This document shows positions 13,376 to 25,812 of a stretch of 64,000 nucleotides of DNA, piece by piece. Where the stretch lies: assembly GCF_006345805.1 (NCBI RefSeq), contig NC_043007.1:37696001-37760000 (forward strand). Direction: 5' to 3'. The translations under genes and the position numbers were made by a program. The stretch comes from Octopus sinensis (taxonomy: Eukaryota). Positions within the stretch are counted from its first letter, which is position 1, and each line of letters opens with the position of its first letter. The notes under the pieces are model-generated. The model searched no databases, was not told the DNA's origin, and saw only the letters and a list, made by a program, of their open reading frames with translations.

Positions 13376-13537
13376 ATATAAAATAGTGTACATTTAAACA
13401 CAGGGAGAAATTACCTATAACAGGCAATTTCTACACGCTAGGGGACAGTCAAAATGACCGAAAAACCGTTTCAATTATGTAGAAATTGACTGTTAAAGGT
13501 AATTTCTCTTTGTGTTTAAATGTACACTATTTTATAT
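13376..13537. repeat. Fold-back element (about 60-bp arms) with a hammerhead-like loop
   Basis: Arms 13376-13435 and 13478-13537 are complementary with few mismatches; loop contains ctagggga-cagtc-aaaat-gacc-gaaa. Confidence 0.75.
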
Positions 13538-13627
13538 TGAAAAATATGTCGTCTATTGACTTTCTATACATGTTTGGCCACTGGTAGTGAAATTTGTAAA
13601 AATTTATTAACCTATATAGATACACAC

Positions 13628-13667
<40 letters not shown>

Positions 13668-13669
<2 letters not shown>

Positions 13670-13853
13670 CATGCACCATCCTGCTTTTTAAAAAAATACA
13701 CCTTTATTGAATTCACAAACACTTTATTGAAATTGACCATAACAATTGATAGAAATTAAATTGAATAAAATAAAATTTGAAAAAAATTTAAATAAACTGC
13801 GTCAATTAATTTTAGTGAAAACCAGAATGGTGCATGACTTGTGGGACACCCTG
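13668..13853. mobile_element. Tc1/mariner-type MITE, same family as 1-600
   Basis: Ends ...gacttgtgggacaccctg|TA; internal similarity to 10-200. Confidence 0.65.
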
Positions 13854-14786
13854 TACATACATACCTATATATATATATATATATATAATATATATATATA
13901 TACACACATACATACATATACACACATATATATATATATATATACACATATACATATATATATACATACATATACACATATATACATACATATATACATA
14001 TACATACATATATACACACAACCATATATATACACATATATATATATATACACACATATACATGCACATACATGTATGTACACGTATACACATGTACACG
14101 CATACACATATATACACATATATATACATACACATAACACCCACATACACACACATATATATATATACGCATAAATACATACATAATTTATTAGTAACCT
14201 TATCTTTATGTGTCTGTCTGCATACGCGTGTGTGCGTGTTTGCACATGCATGCAAGCAAATGTAAAAGAGACGTGTTAAGACAACATTCTGACAAGACAA
14301 TGCTGCACGTTGGTGCAACAATAACAGTGTGACCGCATGCAAATGGCTGGAATTGTTACCTGTGGAATGAAACACCAAAGAGAGAGAGAAAGAGAGGAGG
14401 AAGAGAAGGAGGAAGTATTTATATAAAAGAAATGGATGAAAGCGACAACACATGAAGAATGAAGGGACAAAGAAACAAGTAAAAAAAAATGTCGGTGGCA
14501 AAAAAAAAAAAGGGAAAGAAACATAAAGCAAAAGAAAAATAAAGTAATGAAAATCATCTCACGGCAGTAGCATAACTGACCGATTACTCGAATGACCAAC
14601 TGAATGATCTGAACAGCTGAATTGTTGGACAGTTAACCCTGAGATAAAACAAGGAACCAGAAGACATGTAAAGGGGGAAACGGGGGTGTGTGCAATGCGT
14701 GATCCACTGGTCTACTGAACAGCACCTTGTCTTTATATTATGGTAACCCTGTCATCGGTTGATGATCTGGCATGCTGTATCTATCA

Positions 14787-14812
14787 TCATACTTTGCTGA
14801 ATTTTAAACCGG
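14787..14812 (-). CDS. LMO7: LMO7-like, terminal coding exon (AGLKFSKV*)
   Basis: Acceptor ttattttcag; phase 1 matches the LIM exon donor; class I PDZ-binding C-terminus resembling Drosophila Smallish FSCV; stops TGA TGA TAG. Confidence 0.8.
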
Positions 14813-14943
14813 CTGAAAATAATTACAATATGAGATTGGTTCAGACAAATTATTGTATTTTATTTCATTTTCATATAACTATATATATACATAATTTCAT
14901 TTTCATGTGTATGTATGGATATATGTGTGTGTGTGTGTATATG

Positions 14944-14977
<34 letters not shown>

Positions 14978-15012
14978 ATTATCCAAAGTGTACAGTATAA
15001 TATATCTTTTTT

Positions 15013-15104
15013 GGCTGATCTTACCAATCGGTTTCATGCTAAGGATTGAATGGTGTGTCAAGTAACAATCCGATTATGTAACACTGTGCTCATCAGAGAT
15101 AGCT
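15013..15104 (-). ncRNA. Degenerate type I hammerhead ribozyme motif
   Basis: gct-atct CTGATGA ... GAAAC cgattg GTA agat-c-agc; core and stem I intact, stem II poorly paired. Confidence 0.5.
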
Positions 15105-16164
15105 GATATGGAATGAAATATGGTGGTCACCATGTTTCATTCAGTTACATGGTCAGACTGTTATCTAACACTGTTGAATCCCTTGTGTGAAACTGATTGA
15201 TAAAATTGGCTGTAATGGATATATAATACTGTACGTTTTGGATAATATACCCACTTTGTTGGCATATGAGAGTACATTTTGTCCTGACTTATGGAGTCTT
15301 AAACAACTTACACACACAAGTGTATATATATTAAATGTCTTTTTTGTTTTGGACAAATAAAATTTTTAAAAAATGGTAGTCCTAAGTTTTTGACATTAAA
15401 CCCAAATGAAAGCAAAGAAGTAAGTCTTTAATTCGAAATGTTTGATTAACTCGTTTGATGCCAACCTGATGGAGACCACTGCTTGGTTCTCCATATAAAC
15501 TTCCTATTTTAAAATGATCTAATTTAAAACCTTCTGTCAGAATTTTACGCTTATTTATTTATGTTTCATACACCAAATTAGTAAAAGCGACAAAGTTATT
15601 TTACTAAATTCTTCAAAATTTATTGAAACAAAGGCAATGTATTTCAGCAGAAAAATGGTAATTAAGTGGTTAAGGGTGCTTCTTCATGATCACTCGACCT
15701 GCTAGAAATAGCAGCTAAGTTACCCTGAATTCAATAACAGATAAAGTAGTCCTACATGTCAAAATAAAAATTGGGATGATTGTGACTGTAGTGCCTTTGA
15801 TCACAGTTCTAGTCTATCAGAGGTTGCCTAAAGTTAAACAACAACAACAACACAATGTGGGGGATGTCTATTTGCTCACTCAACCTACTGAAATTAAGGG
15901 CAAAATCTCCTTCAAATCGTATTTTACTATCCTTTTCGTAAAGGGCTTGTTAGATAAGTTAATAATACTAAACACAAGTGCACCTGAGCACTGTGTACAT
16001 TACGTCTGAATAAAGAAGGAATTATCATGGCTGGAAAGCCTTTATCATATGTAGCTCAGCAGGATTAGGACTGACCTGTGGCTAAATGGCAACAACAGAA
16101 GGATTGTCTTTGAAACTGTATCCCCCACTCTCAGCCAAAAAGCCAAATAATAGGAGTCATTATT

Positions 16165-16322
16165 ACTACACTCACGGAGTGGTTGGCATTAGGAAGGGCA
16201 TCCAGCTGTAGAAACACTGCCAGATCAGACTGGGCTTGGTGCGGCCTCCTCGCTTCCTAGACCCCAGCCGAACCATCCAACCCATGCTAGCATGGAAAGC
16301 GGACATTAAATGATGATGATGA
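16165..16322 (+). mobile_element. SINE with (GAT)n tail (family D)
   Basis: cggagtggttggcattaggaagggcatccagctgtagaaac...gatgatgat; copies at 26455-26676, 37735-37992, 60260-60557 and 61263-61620 (-). Confidence 0.75.
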
Positions 16323-16666
16323 TTATTGTCATCATTGTTTTAATGCCCACTTTTCCATGTTTGTATTGGTCAGATGGAAGTTGCTGAGCCACATTTTCTA
16401 TGGCTGGATGACCTCCCTGTAGCAAACCCCCACCGATTTCCAAGTAAAGTAATGTTTCCCCAAGGTCAGATGTTTTTCACAGATGACTGCAAATGAACAG
16501 TATTGCTTGTATAGTGATGTCAAAACAAGGGTACATAAAACACACACATGCATATAAACAGGCTTCAATTTGATTATTCTGTTACCATGCTTCCAACTAC
16601 TGTGCATTCTTCCACCTCTTTGTACATACAAAATTTCCATCATCCATCTAGTTGACCAATTGCCAA

Positions 16667-16870
16667 TTATTGTATACAGTGCTCAGGTGCACCACAACTT
16701 GTCAAAAAGTGCGTACAAAGTATAGGCAGTAATGTACAAACGTCTGGAAAGCGAACAGTGTACACCTCTACTTCTCTGTTAAAGTTCCTTCTATTCAATC
16801 TCTCATATGATCTCTCCCCCACTGCTTTACACTCTTCTTGATTAGATCCTAGGGCAGTGGTGCACCACAA
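16667..16870 (-). mobile_element. Probable LINE 3' end fragment
   Basis: Terminal stem-loop gtggtgcacctgagcactgtatacaataa on minus strand; class uncertain. Confidence 0.4.
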
Positions 16871-18142
16871 CAGGCTTCCTCATTATGTGATGTAATTTCT
16901 AACAGAGATACAAAAACCACACATTTGAAGGAAGAGTGTTGGTCTACTAAAACAACCCCAGTACTATATTAGCACTTTATTTTATCAGTCTTACAAATAC
17001 AATTAGTGGAGTCAACCTCGGTGAGATTTGAACTCAAGACCTGGAAATCTTGATGTAATACTTTTGACAAGACTACAAAGTAAATGCCTTTTTTTTCTTC
17101 TCTGAACTGTACTGTTATGAGAAACTAAACTAAGCACTGCAAACTAATGAAATGATTCTAATATCAAAACACTAGAACTATTGTTGCTGTTGTTGTTGTT
17201 TACAGCAAAGAATTGTGTTTCAGGATAAAACTGCAATTAATTTAATTATAAAAAAATAATATATTTCTTATATTTCGTTACTATTTCGATGTTAACTCAA
17301 ATGATTAGGATAAAAAAAAAGAAAAACATAAGGATTACCATGGAAACAATATATATATATGTTGAAGAAACAAGCAACAAAGCAAATTTTAGAGAAAACA
17401 CGGTGAGATGGGGTGAATAAAAATATAAATTTAGCAGGAGGGTAGGCAAGCATGTAAGAGGGTGTGGGTACAAAAAAATCAGGTTCTTTGGGAAGTAAGT
17501 TGTGCAAGGACAAGAGCTGTTGGAATGTGGGTTTGATGGGTTTACAATCATAAAAGTTAGTGGATTCAATACTTGGACTATGTATAACTAAATATTGTAT
17601 AGTGTTTAATCCAGCACTTCACCATTTCTGTCATTCCATTTGCATACTTCTGATGATATTGGTTTCAAGGACAGCAAATGAGAAGGAGTAGTAGTGGTGG
17701 GCCGTAGGTCCATTACAGGGACACTAATGCTCAACTGGTTCTTATTTAATTGAGGATGAAAGGTAAGGTTGACCTTGGAAGACTTATGGAAACATGGACA
17801 ATTCTGCCAGCTGACTGCCTTATACTTCTGATATTAATAACTAAATAGCAGAGAGGCATTATAAAATAATAGTTGTTTCTAATTTAAGCACAAAAAAAGT
17901 AATTTTGAATGGACTCTGTTAGTTGATGACTTTATTTTACCAACTCTAGAAGGATGAAAGGCAAAATTGACCGTGGCAGGATTTGAACCAAGGGTATAAT
18001 GACCTAGAATAAATATCTGACAGGCAAAGTTGGTCTCAGTGGGATTGAACTCAAAACGTATAGAACTGGAACAAATACTGCAAAAGACTTTTTACAACAC
18101 TCTAACAAGTCTGCCAACTTACCACATTCTTTAATAATAATA

Positions 18143-18541
18143 CTCTTTTACTTGTTTCAGTCAGTTGACCGCGGTCATGCTGGAGCACCGCCTTTAATCG
18201 AGCAACTCGACCCCGAGACTTATTCTTTTGTAAGCCCAGTACTTATTCTATCGGTCTCATTTGCCGAACTGCTAAGAGACGGGGACATAAACACACCAGC
18301 ATCGGTTGTCAAGCAATGCTAGGGAGACAAACACAGACACACAAACACACACGCACATATATATATATACATATATACGACGGGCTTCTTTCAGTTTCCT
18401 TCTACCAAATCCACTCACAAGGCTTTGGTCGGCCCGGGGCTATAGCAGAAGACACTTGCCCAAGATGCCACGCAGTGGGACTGAACCCGGAACCATGTGG
18501 TTGGTTAGCAAGCTACTTACCCCACAGCCACTCCTGCGCCT
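18143..18541 (-). mobile_element. Full-length SINE family B
   Basis: tRNA-like head aggcgcaggagtggctgtggggtaagtagc...gggttcagtccc, central TA microsatellite, (GTAAAAGA) tail. Confidence 0.85.
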
Positions 18542-19070
18542 AATAGTAATAATAATAGTTTCAAATTTTGGCACAAGGCCAGCAAATCCAGGGAGTGGTT
18601 AAGTCGGTTACATTGACCCCAGTGTTCAAATGGCATTTATTTTATTGACCCCCAAAAGGACGAAAGGTAAAGTTGACCTAGGCAGAATTGGAACTCAGAA
18701 TGTAGAACTGGAAAAAACTCCACCGAGCTTTTGTCAGGTATGTTAATGATTCTACCAGTTTGCCACCTTAATGAATAATACTAATAATAGTTTCAAATTT
18801 TGGCAAAGGGCCAGAAATTTTTGAGGAGAAGGGGAAGTCAATTACATTGACCCCAGCGCTCACCTGGTATTTATTCTATCAACCTTAAAAGGTTGAAAGG
18901 CAAAGTCAACCTTGGCAAAATTTGAGCCCAGAATGTAAAAATGGATGAAATGCCACTAAGCATTTGTTCGGTATGCTACCGATTCTACTGGCTTGCCGCC
19001 TTAATAAAAATAATAATAATAATAATAATGATTATTATTATTATTATTATTATCATCATTATTATTCTTT

Positions 19071-19376
19071 GGGGTTTGAATAATTCACCTCTGGAAACAT
19101 GGGTGTTTCATTCAACATCCTTAAACAACCCTTATTCAGGGACCTTTTAAGCGGGATGGGCTACTTGACCAGAAGAAAATTCTAACTGGGCCCCACCTGC
19201 AAGGTCATGTGCTGTTTATCTTGATATGAGATCACCATGTTGGGCACATATGGTTGTGATGCATGTACCTTGTGTACCCTTATCAGATGGGTCGTCATGA
19301 TGGGTATACTGGGATTCGGATATTTTACCCCAATGTCACTTTGATGGCATGCACTGCCCTCTCACTCAATAATAAT
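19071..19376 (+). mobile_element. Interspersed repeat with (AAT)n tail, probable LINE/SINE 3' end
   Basis: Ends ctctcactcaataataat, flanked by ATT/TA microsatellites. Confidence 0.45.
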
Positions 19377-19906
19377 TATATATATATATATATACCTTTC
19401 ACAACACTTGATTAATTGCAAATGGTAAAGAAATGAGTGGCAACAGAATGAATCAATAGCTATTGCATGTATTGTGTACACTTATTTGTAAACCCCAAGG
19501 GTGTGTGTGTGTGAGAGCACCCGAGTATGAGTAAATCTGAAATACATTTAACATCAAACAACAAATTATTTTAAATGTTTAAATTTGCATCTCCATCAAA
19601 TCTACGACCAACAACCATAATCAATGTACAATTTAAAACACACAAACCCAGTTAGAAACGCCTGTTTTGATATTAAATATAAATACATTTATATAACTCT
19701 TGAAGTGTGCAGTGGTGGGGGAGGTGAATATTTCAAACATGCTTGCCTATCCACCCATGCATTACTTTGATTAGTTGAAAATAAAAATAAAAACATAATA
19801 ACAAATATAAAACAATACTGGAAAAAAAAACAGCATTCATCATCATCATCATATATACATATGTATGTATATATAGCATTCAATTTTTTATATATGCATA
19901 TATATA

Positions 19907-20139
19907 TAGGGTTGGCCAAAAGTCACCCAACAGTAAATCAAAATTCCATAAATACTATCTGTAATTCTATATTGACTCAAATGGAAAAATGTGTAGCTGA
20001 AGAAGGATTTCAGTTTGAACAATGTTCATGATATTTCATATTTCGATGCTTTTACCAAATTCGTTCATTTGTTAAACATAGATAAATCTTGGAATTAAAT
20101 GGTATTGGTTTACTGTTAGGTGACTTTTGGCCAATCCTG
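19907..20139. mobile_element. Tc1/mariner-type MITE
   Basis: About 40-bp TIRs (T)AGGGTTGGCCAAAAGTCACC / GGTGACTTTTGGCCAATCCTG; TA flanks. Confidence 0.8.
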
Positions 20140-22689
20140 TATAAAAAAAGGAAAACAGCATTCATGTTAGATATGTGTGCATGTGCACATATATGTATCA
20201 CATACATATATATCTATAGCAAAATATGTGAAAGAATTAGTTACTAAGATTTGCAATGTAGAAATAAATATTTGACATTTATGGCATTACAGAGGAATTT
20301 TAGAGAGTAAAGAGAAATATAGCCACTCAGTGGGAATGCTAGTAGAGAATATAAGAACATAAATCTTTATCTAAAATTGTGTTTTGGATTTTGAATTTTT
20401 TATATCAAATTTCAGAAAGGTTGTGTATTTTAATATTTGTAAAATGGGACAACTAGACCCAAATTTTAAAATGTCATCCATTTATGTTTCATAATATATT
20501 TTAACACATAAACTTTAAATGTAGTTTTATATAATTTCATGCTGTCAAAATTTATTGTGATCACACCAAATATTGCATATTGCATGAAGAGGCATCAAAG
20601 CACACAAAAATATACTAAATTTTAAATATCAATACAAAAATAACTATAAAACATCTTTGACAGAGAGAAACACATTTAACTTGGTTTAGATTTTAAGAGA
20701 ACTTTCCAAGAATTTTCTGGTGCAATTTTGCTAGAAAAAATTTCGAATTTTAGAAGCTTTCAGATTTTGGATAAAGGATTATCAAATTTATTTTGTTTCA
20801 AATTGGTATGGTAATGTTTAATACTATTTTTGGATTAATGAAAATTTTTAAAAATTTTAAATCAGCTTTATGTAGCCATAACTAGACGATGATGATGATG
20901 TGGTCTTGGCGACAATGATGCAGTATTGGTGTGACAGTTGAGATAGTAGTGCAGGTTGTGATGATGATGATGAGGATGATGGCCAGAAGGTGTGGACGAA
21001 GTCATGGTGGTGGATACAAGCTTGGCAGTGTAGTAATGAGCAGAGGTGGTAATGGTCACAGTAGGAATGAGAGCAATGGTGATGCTGATGGATGCATGGT
21101 TGGAAGTAGTAGTTATAGAGGTATTAGTAATGATAATAATGCTGTTAGTGTGGCTACAGAGCTAACCGTGGAAATTTAGAGGCATTGGTAACAGTGTCAG
21201 AGATAGTTGGCAGTTAACACCAATGTTATTCATGCTGTTGTTGTTGACATGTAAAATTTGTACAAGAACAGAAGTCCATCACATGGAACAAGCAGTTGCC
21301 ATACCAAAGCTTGATGTGAGCAACCACAATGCAGACCAGACCTTTCAATGAAGCACATCAGTAAGTCCCTGCGTAAAATATGTGAATTTGCAGAACCATC
21401 GAACCCATGCCGACAGCAAAAAATAACGTGCATAAACTGAGTGTGAATAACACATGAATTTACAGCACCGAATCTATGAGCGAGTGTAAGATAAACATGG
21501 CTATACACATACTGTATGTATCATCAGACATACATACACATTCAAACACACAAACACATATATACACATGAAACATGATGTTAGAAAACCCTCATATAAA
21601 TTTTCCAGAAGCACAAAGGAAGTTATGTTAAAACGAAACGAGCAAGTGCTGGTTATTTTTATATAATTGCATTCAGTAACACTTATATTTAGGTAAACAT
21701 CCAGAAGAAAAAGTACTCAATACAGGTTGTAAGAGTTTATTAATTCATTCATTCAAAGCTGAAGATCACTGTCTTTATTAAAGATTTTTTACCACATGTA
21801 ACAAAATCACCTTTTTGCTGCACATGTGGCAAGAAACTTGGAGTGGTGATGTAATCAAACGACAGGTTTGAACAAATATATATATTTATGGAAGAGCTGT
21901 GTGATAAGAAGTTTGCTTCCCAGCCACATGGTTCCAGGTTCAGTCCCACTGTGTGGCACCTACCTTGGGCAAGTGTCTTCTACTATAGCCCTGGGCCAAC
22001 CAAAGCCATGTGAGCAAATTTGGTAGATGGAAACTAAAAGAATCCCCCACCATTTATACATATATATATATATATACATATATAAACGCACACATACACA
22101 TAAATCTATGTGTGTGCCTGTATGTATGTATTTGTCTCCATATCTTGTATTGAGTATTTTATTTCCTGATCATTGATTAAATGTGTATGTATATATATAC
22201 ATATATATACACACACACAAAATACAGCATGTGGCAAAAAACCTCTCGTATTTTTGCATACAAAAAAGGTGAATATGGGAGATTATTTTGCATTTTTTAC
22301 ACACACACACACACTGGCATAAGCACTGTATGATGGAAGACAGAACAATATATATGTGCACATGCCCACTATAAAGAAAGAAAAACACATACTACATCCA
22401 AGATGCTCCACAGATTGTTCATCATCTTGTTAAGTTTTTAAAAAATTTTTCAAAAAATTGGTTAATGAAGAAAGACCTCAGAAGTTAGAAGTAAAAATAA
22501 ATAAAATATATTTCTTTAGTATGAAATCAAATTAAATTTATTACAAGCAAGAAAATTTTAACCAAGTCCTTTTGTTCATATTTTTTTTAGTGAATACGAT
22601 GAACCTCTCGATGAAGTCCCAAAAAACTAAAGGAACTGTTTATCCTTATTTTTGTTTCTTTTTAATTCTTTGAATATGTACATATAATT

Positions 22690-22970
22690 TAGTAAGTCAA
22701 AAGTTATGGCCGGTCATAGAGTGACCATTGGGTTCACACCCATAAAGTGCTTAGCAGCAAATAGGTAACTTGTCAGACTCAACTAGCTGAAGGCGCATAA
22801 CCTCTCTTGAGAGAGGTCTTGCTTTACTTATACGTGTGAAACCAATGGTCACTCTAGAGAGATTCTGCACATTCAGCCACTTGAGTCTAATGAGTCACCA
22901 ATACTGCTAAGCACTTTATAGGTGCAAACCAACGGTCACTGTATGACTAGCCATATCTTAACTTCTTAAA
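22690..22970. repeat. Imperfect fold-back with three partial hammerhead copies (Penelope-like pLTR remnant)
   Basis: Arms about 22690-22805 and 22856-22970; GAAAC caatg GTC actc at 22838-22854; gagt-CTAATGA-gtcacc...ggtg-CAAAC-caacg-GTC-actg in the right arm. Confidence 0.65.
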
Positions 22971-23369
22971 AAAATACATTACTTCTCTAATGCTTTAGAT
23001 TGTGCTTCGTTCTTAGATATATGAACCACTGATGATGTATTTATATGTCTAAGGCTTTAAGAATCATATACTAAGACATAAAATTCTTTGGTGATCAAAG
23101 CTGGGAACATAGTCAGAAACCATCTTGCTAAGTAATTTTCAGAACTCTGGAAATAGCAAGTAAGAAGTATAACATTAAAAAACAAAATTTCTAGAAATAT
23201 CTTCATAGAAGAGAATTAATTAAAATCTTTCTTAATACTGTAGCATTACTGAAGATTATCTCATTGGACAATCTTATACTTCATTAAAGTCTTAATTATG
23301 TGAATTACTCCAAACCATAAATGATCTCTAATTTTTGTGTGTATGTGTGTGTGTGTAGTTGGGTAATGG

Positions 23370-23408
23370 TGTGCTGATGATGCCCATTGAGGCAGAAACA
23401 TGTTCACA
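23370..23408 (+). ncRNA. Minimal type I hammerhead ribozyme
   Basis: TGTG-CTGATGA-TGCC-cattga-GGCA-GAAAC-at-GTT-CACA: stems I and II paired, full core, palindromic stem III (AACATGTT), NUH = GUU. Confidence 0.75.
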
Positions 23409-23621
23409 GATGTCTTCTTGTCTCCAGAAAATAACCCAATGTCTTTTCTTTCATGTTAATTCAAAGAATTGCTGCTGGCTTGAAGTTATCTCCCCTTATA
23501 ACTCAGAGTAAGTTGCAGTTTCTACTAGGTGTTTGTTTACCTTCTCTCAAAATGAAGATAGTTTTTAAAAAAATCAAGAATCTACATTGTATGTTATTTA
23601 GTATACCTTCCTTTGTTCATT

Positions 23622-23657
<36 letters not shown>

Positions 23658-23875
23658 TACACACATTCCTGTGCACACATATATATCCTGTTCCAATGGT
23701 TTCAGACTTAAGATTGAAAAGCTATGCTGGGGTATCACCTTCAAGGGTTCTAGTTGATTATATTGACTCCATGACTTATTTCACTGATTTCATGATGGAT
23801 GAATCTTAATAAGATGATATAACTCAGCATCCTGTATGGTATTTTGTCTTGTTTTCCCTAGCCCCTACTCCATAT

Positions 23876-23912
<37 letters not shown>

Positions 23913-25769
23913 AGAGGGAGATAAAGTGATTTGACATGCTTTCACACAGTTTCTCTTTACTATATTTCAACACAAGACTAGAATGAAAGATACTTGCCCA
24001 TGGTGGCAAGCACTGGAATTGAACCTGGAACTACATGCTTGCAAAATGAACTTCTTAACCACACTGCCATTTTGGCACTCACAGTACTATATATCTGACA
24101 GTCTTTTTTATTACTCTTTTTCATTATTCTTGAGAGAGTGAGAGAGAAAGAGAAAGAGAAAGAAAAGAGAGAGAGAGAGAGAGAGAGAGAAGAGTGTATA
24201 TGTGAATTGGAGACCTGACCCAAAAATCTCATAACAGATTGGACTCTGCTGAAGGTACCCAAGGCCTTAGAAAATTTGCTTCAATAAACTGTATGAGGCC
24301 CATGCAAGCATGGAAAAGTGAGCATTACAATAATGCTGATGCACGCATACAGACACAAACACATAGATGTATACAAGTGAACACAATACAAATGTATACA
24401 TGTGTGGTGTGGAAACAAGCATGGCTGTGTGATTAAGTAGCCTGCTTTGCAACCATATGGCTTTGGATTCGTTCACACAGCATGCACCTTGGGCAAGTGT
24501 TATCTACTACAGCCTCAGGAGTGAAACTGGCAGATAGAATCCATTGTCTATGTGTGGGTGTGTGTGTGTACAAGTAAATGTATGAGCAAGTATGTGTGAG
24601 TATATATGTCTTTCCATATGTACCTTGATACTGCTTAGGTGACTGAGTGTAAAACAATGTCAACTGTTTAAACTTTAGCATACTGTAAGTGCATCATGTC
24701 ATTGTATGAATTGTCTCCCCTGTATGTAGTCACAGGGCAGTGACAGGGGAAACAATTCTAGAAAAAATGCAGTGTGCTAAAGGTTAAATAGTAGTATTAT
24801 ATGTTATGCCTCTCATAAAAACATGTGCAGTTGTTGAATGGCTCATCCCACAAACGACCAGGGAAGTAAGTACTTAACTTGAAAATAAGATTTGGCATCA
24901 GGAAAGGTAGCCAGTTGTAGGATGCTGTGTCAAGTTTCATCCAACTCATGCCAGCAAGAGAAAAATGAATGTAAAAAATGATGATGAGGATGACAACAAT
25001 GATGATGACTACACCTCTGTATGTACATACATCTATGTGATACCATCTACACATACATGTATGTACATGCAGTCGTTGTCCCATGTTCTCTCTATCTCCC
25101 TATATACTATGTGAATGTAAGCATGCATGTACGCATATATGTACGTATATGTGTACCTATGCATGTAAGAGGCAGAGAGAGAGAAAGAGTATATGTGCAA
25201 GAATGTGTACACATGCGGATAGTATATATAAATTTATAGTCTAAAAAATAATAACCAACAATAACCAACTCAGAATCTATAGGAAACATTTATTGGAAAC
25301 ATAAAAGAGAACATACAGCAGCTTTGTTCGATAAAATCAGTTATTGATTAGTGAGTGATTAGACGGATTGTGCACCTTCAGGTGTGGGTTATTTTTGAAG
25401 TAAAGCTTACTGATCAAGGTGTGTTGCTGTACAAGTTTAGTACCTTTACATTGCTTTATCAAATATATTAGGTTACTATCACAGATTTAAGCAGTACCTT
25501 TATTTTTAATTTGTGTGTGTGTGTGTGTGTGTGTGTGTATGGAAGCAAATTTGTATGAAATTAACAAAAGGATTAAATTTTGTGTGTGCATGTTTGAAAT
25601 CATAAAAAGAAAAAAATGGTTGCGGCATGTCTATGTGTATGCATTGTGTAATATATTTGTGAGTATACACTCAGACATAGATAAACACACACACAGCATA
25701 TACAAAAAATATACACTCATGAATGTGAGTGCCTATGTATTTGTATATAACACTGTACATATGTATGTA

Positions 25770-25812
<43 letters not shown>

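Larger units (their letters stand above)
13015..14185. repeat. Interrupted (TA/CA)n microsatellite blocks hosting a fold-back element and a MITE
   Basis: Direct inspection. Confidence 0.9.

Noticed and set aside
10704-14531. Long ORFs (up to 327 aa) rich in I/Y/H/T or C/V
   Set aside because: Translations of (TA/CA)n microsatellites that lack stops by composition
21360-21370. Acceptor ttttacgcag giving a GTY* alternative last exon
   Set aside because: Supported only by a splice motif, which can arise by chance in an 18-kb intron
21495-21535. Minus-strand CTGATGA followed by a hairpin
   Set aside because: No GAAA after stem II, so not a hammerhead
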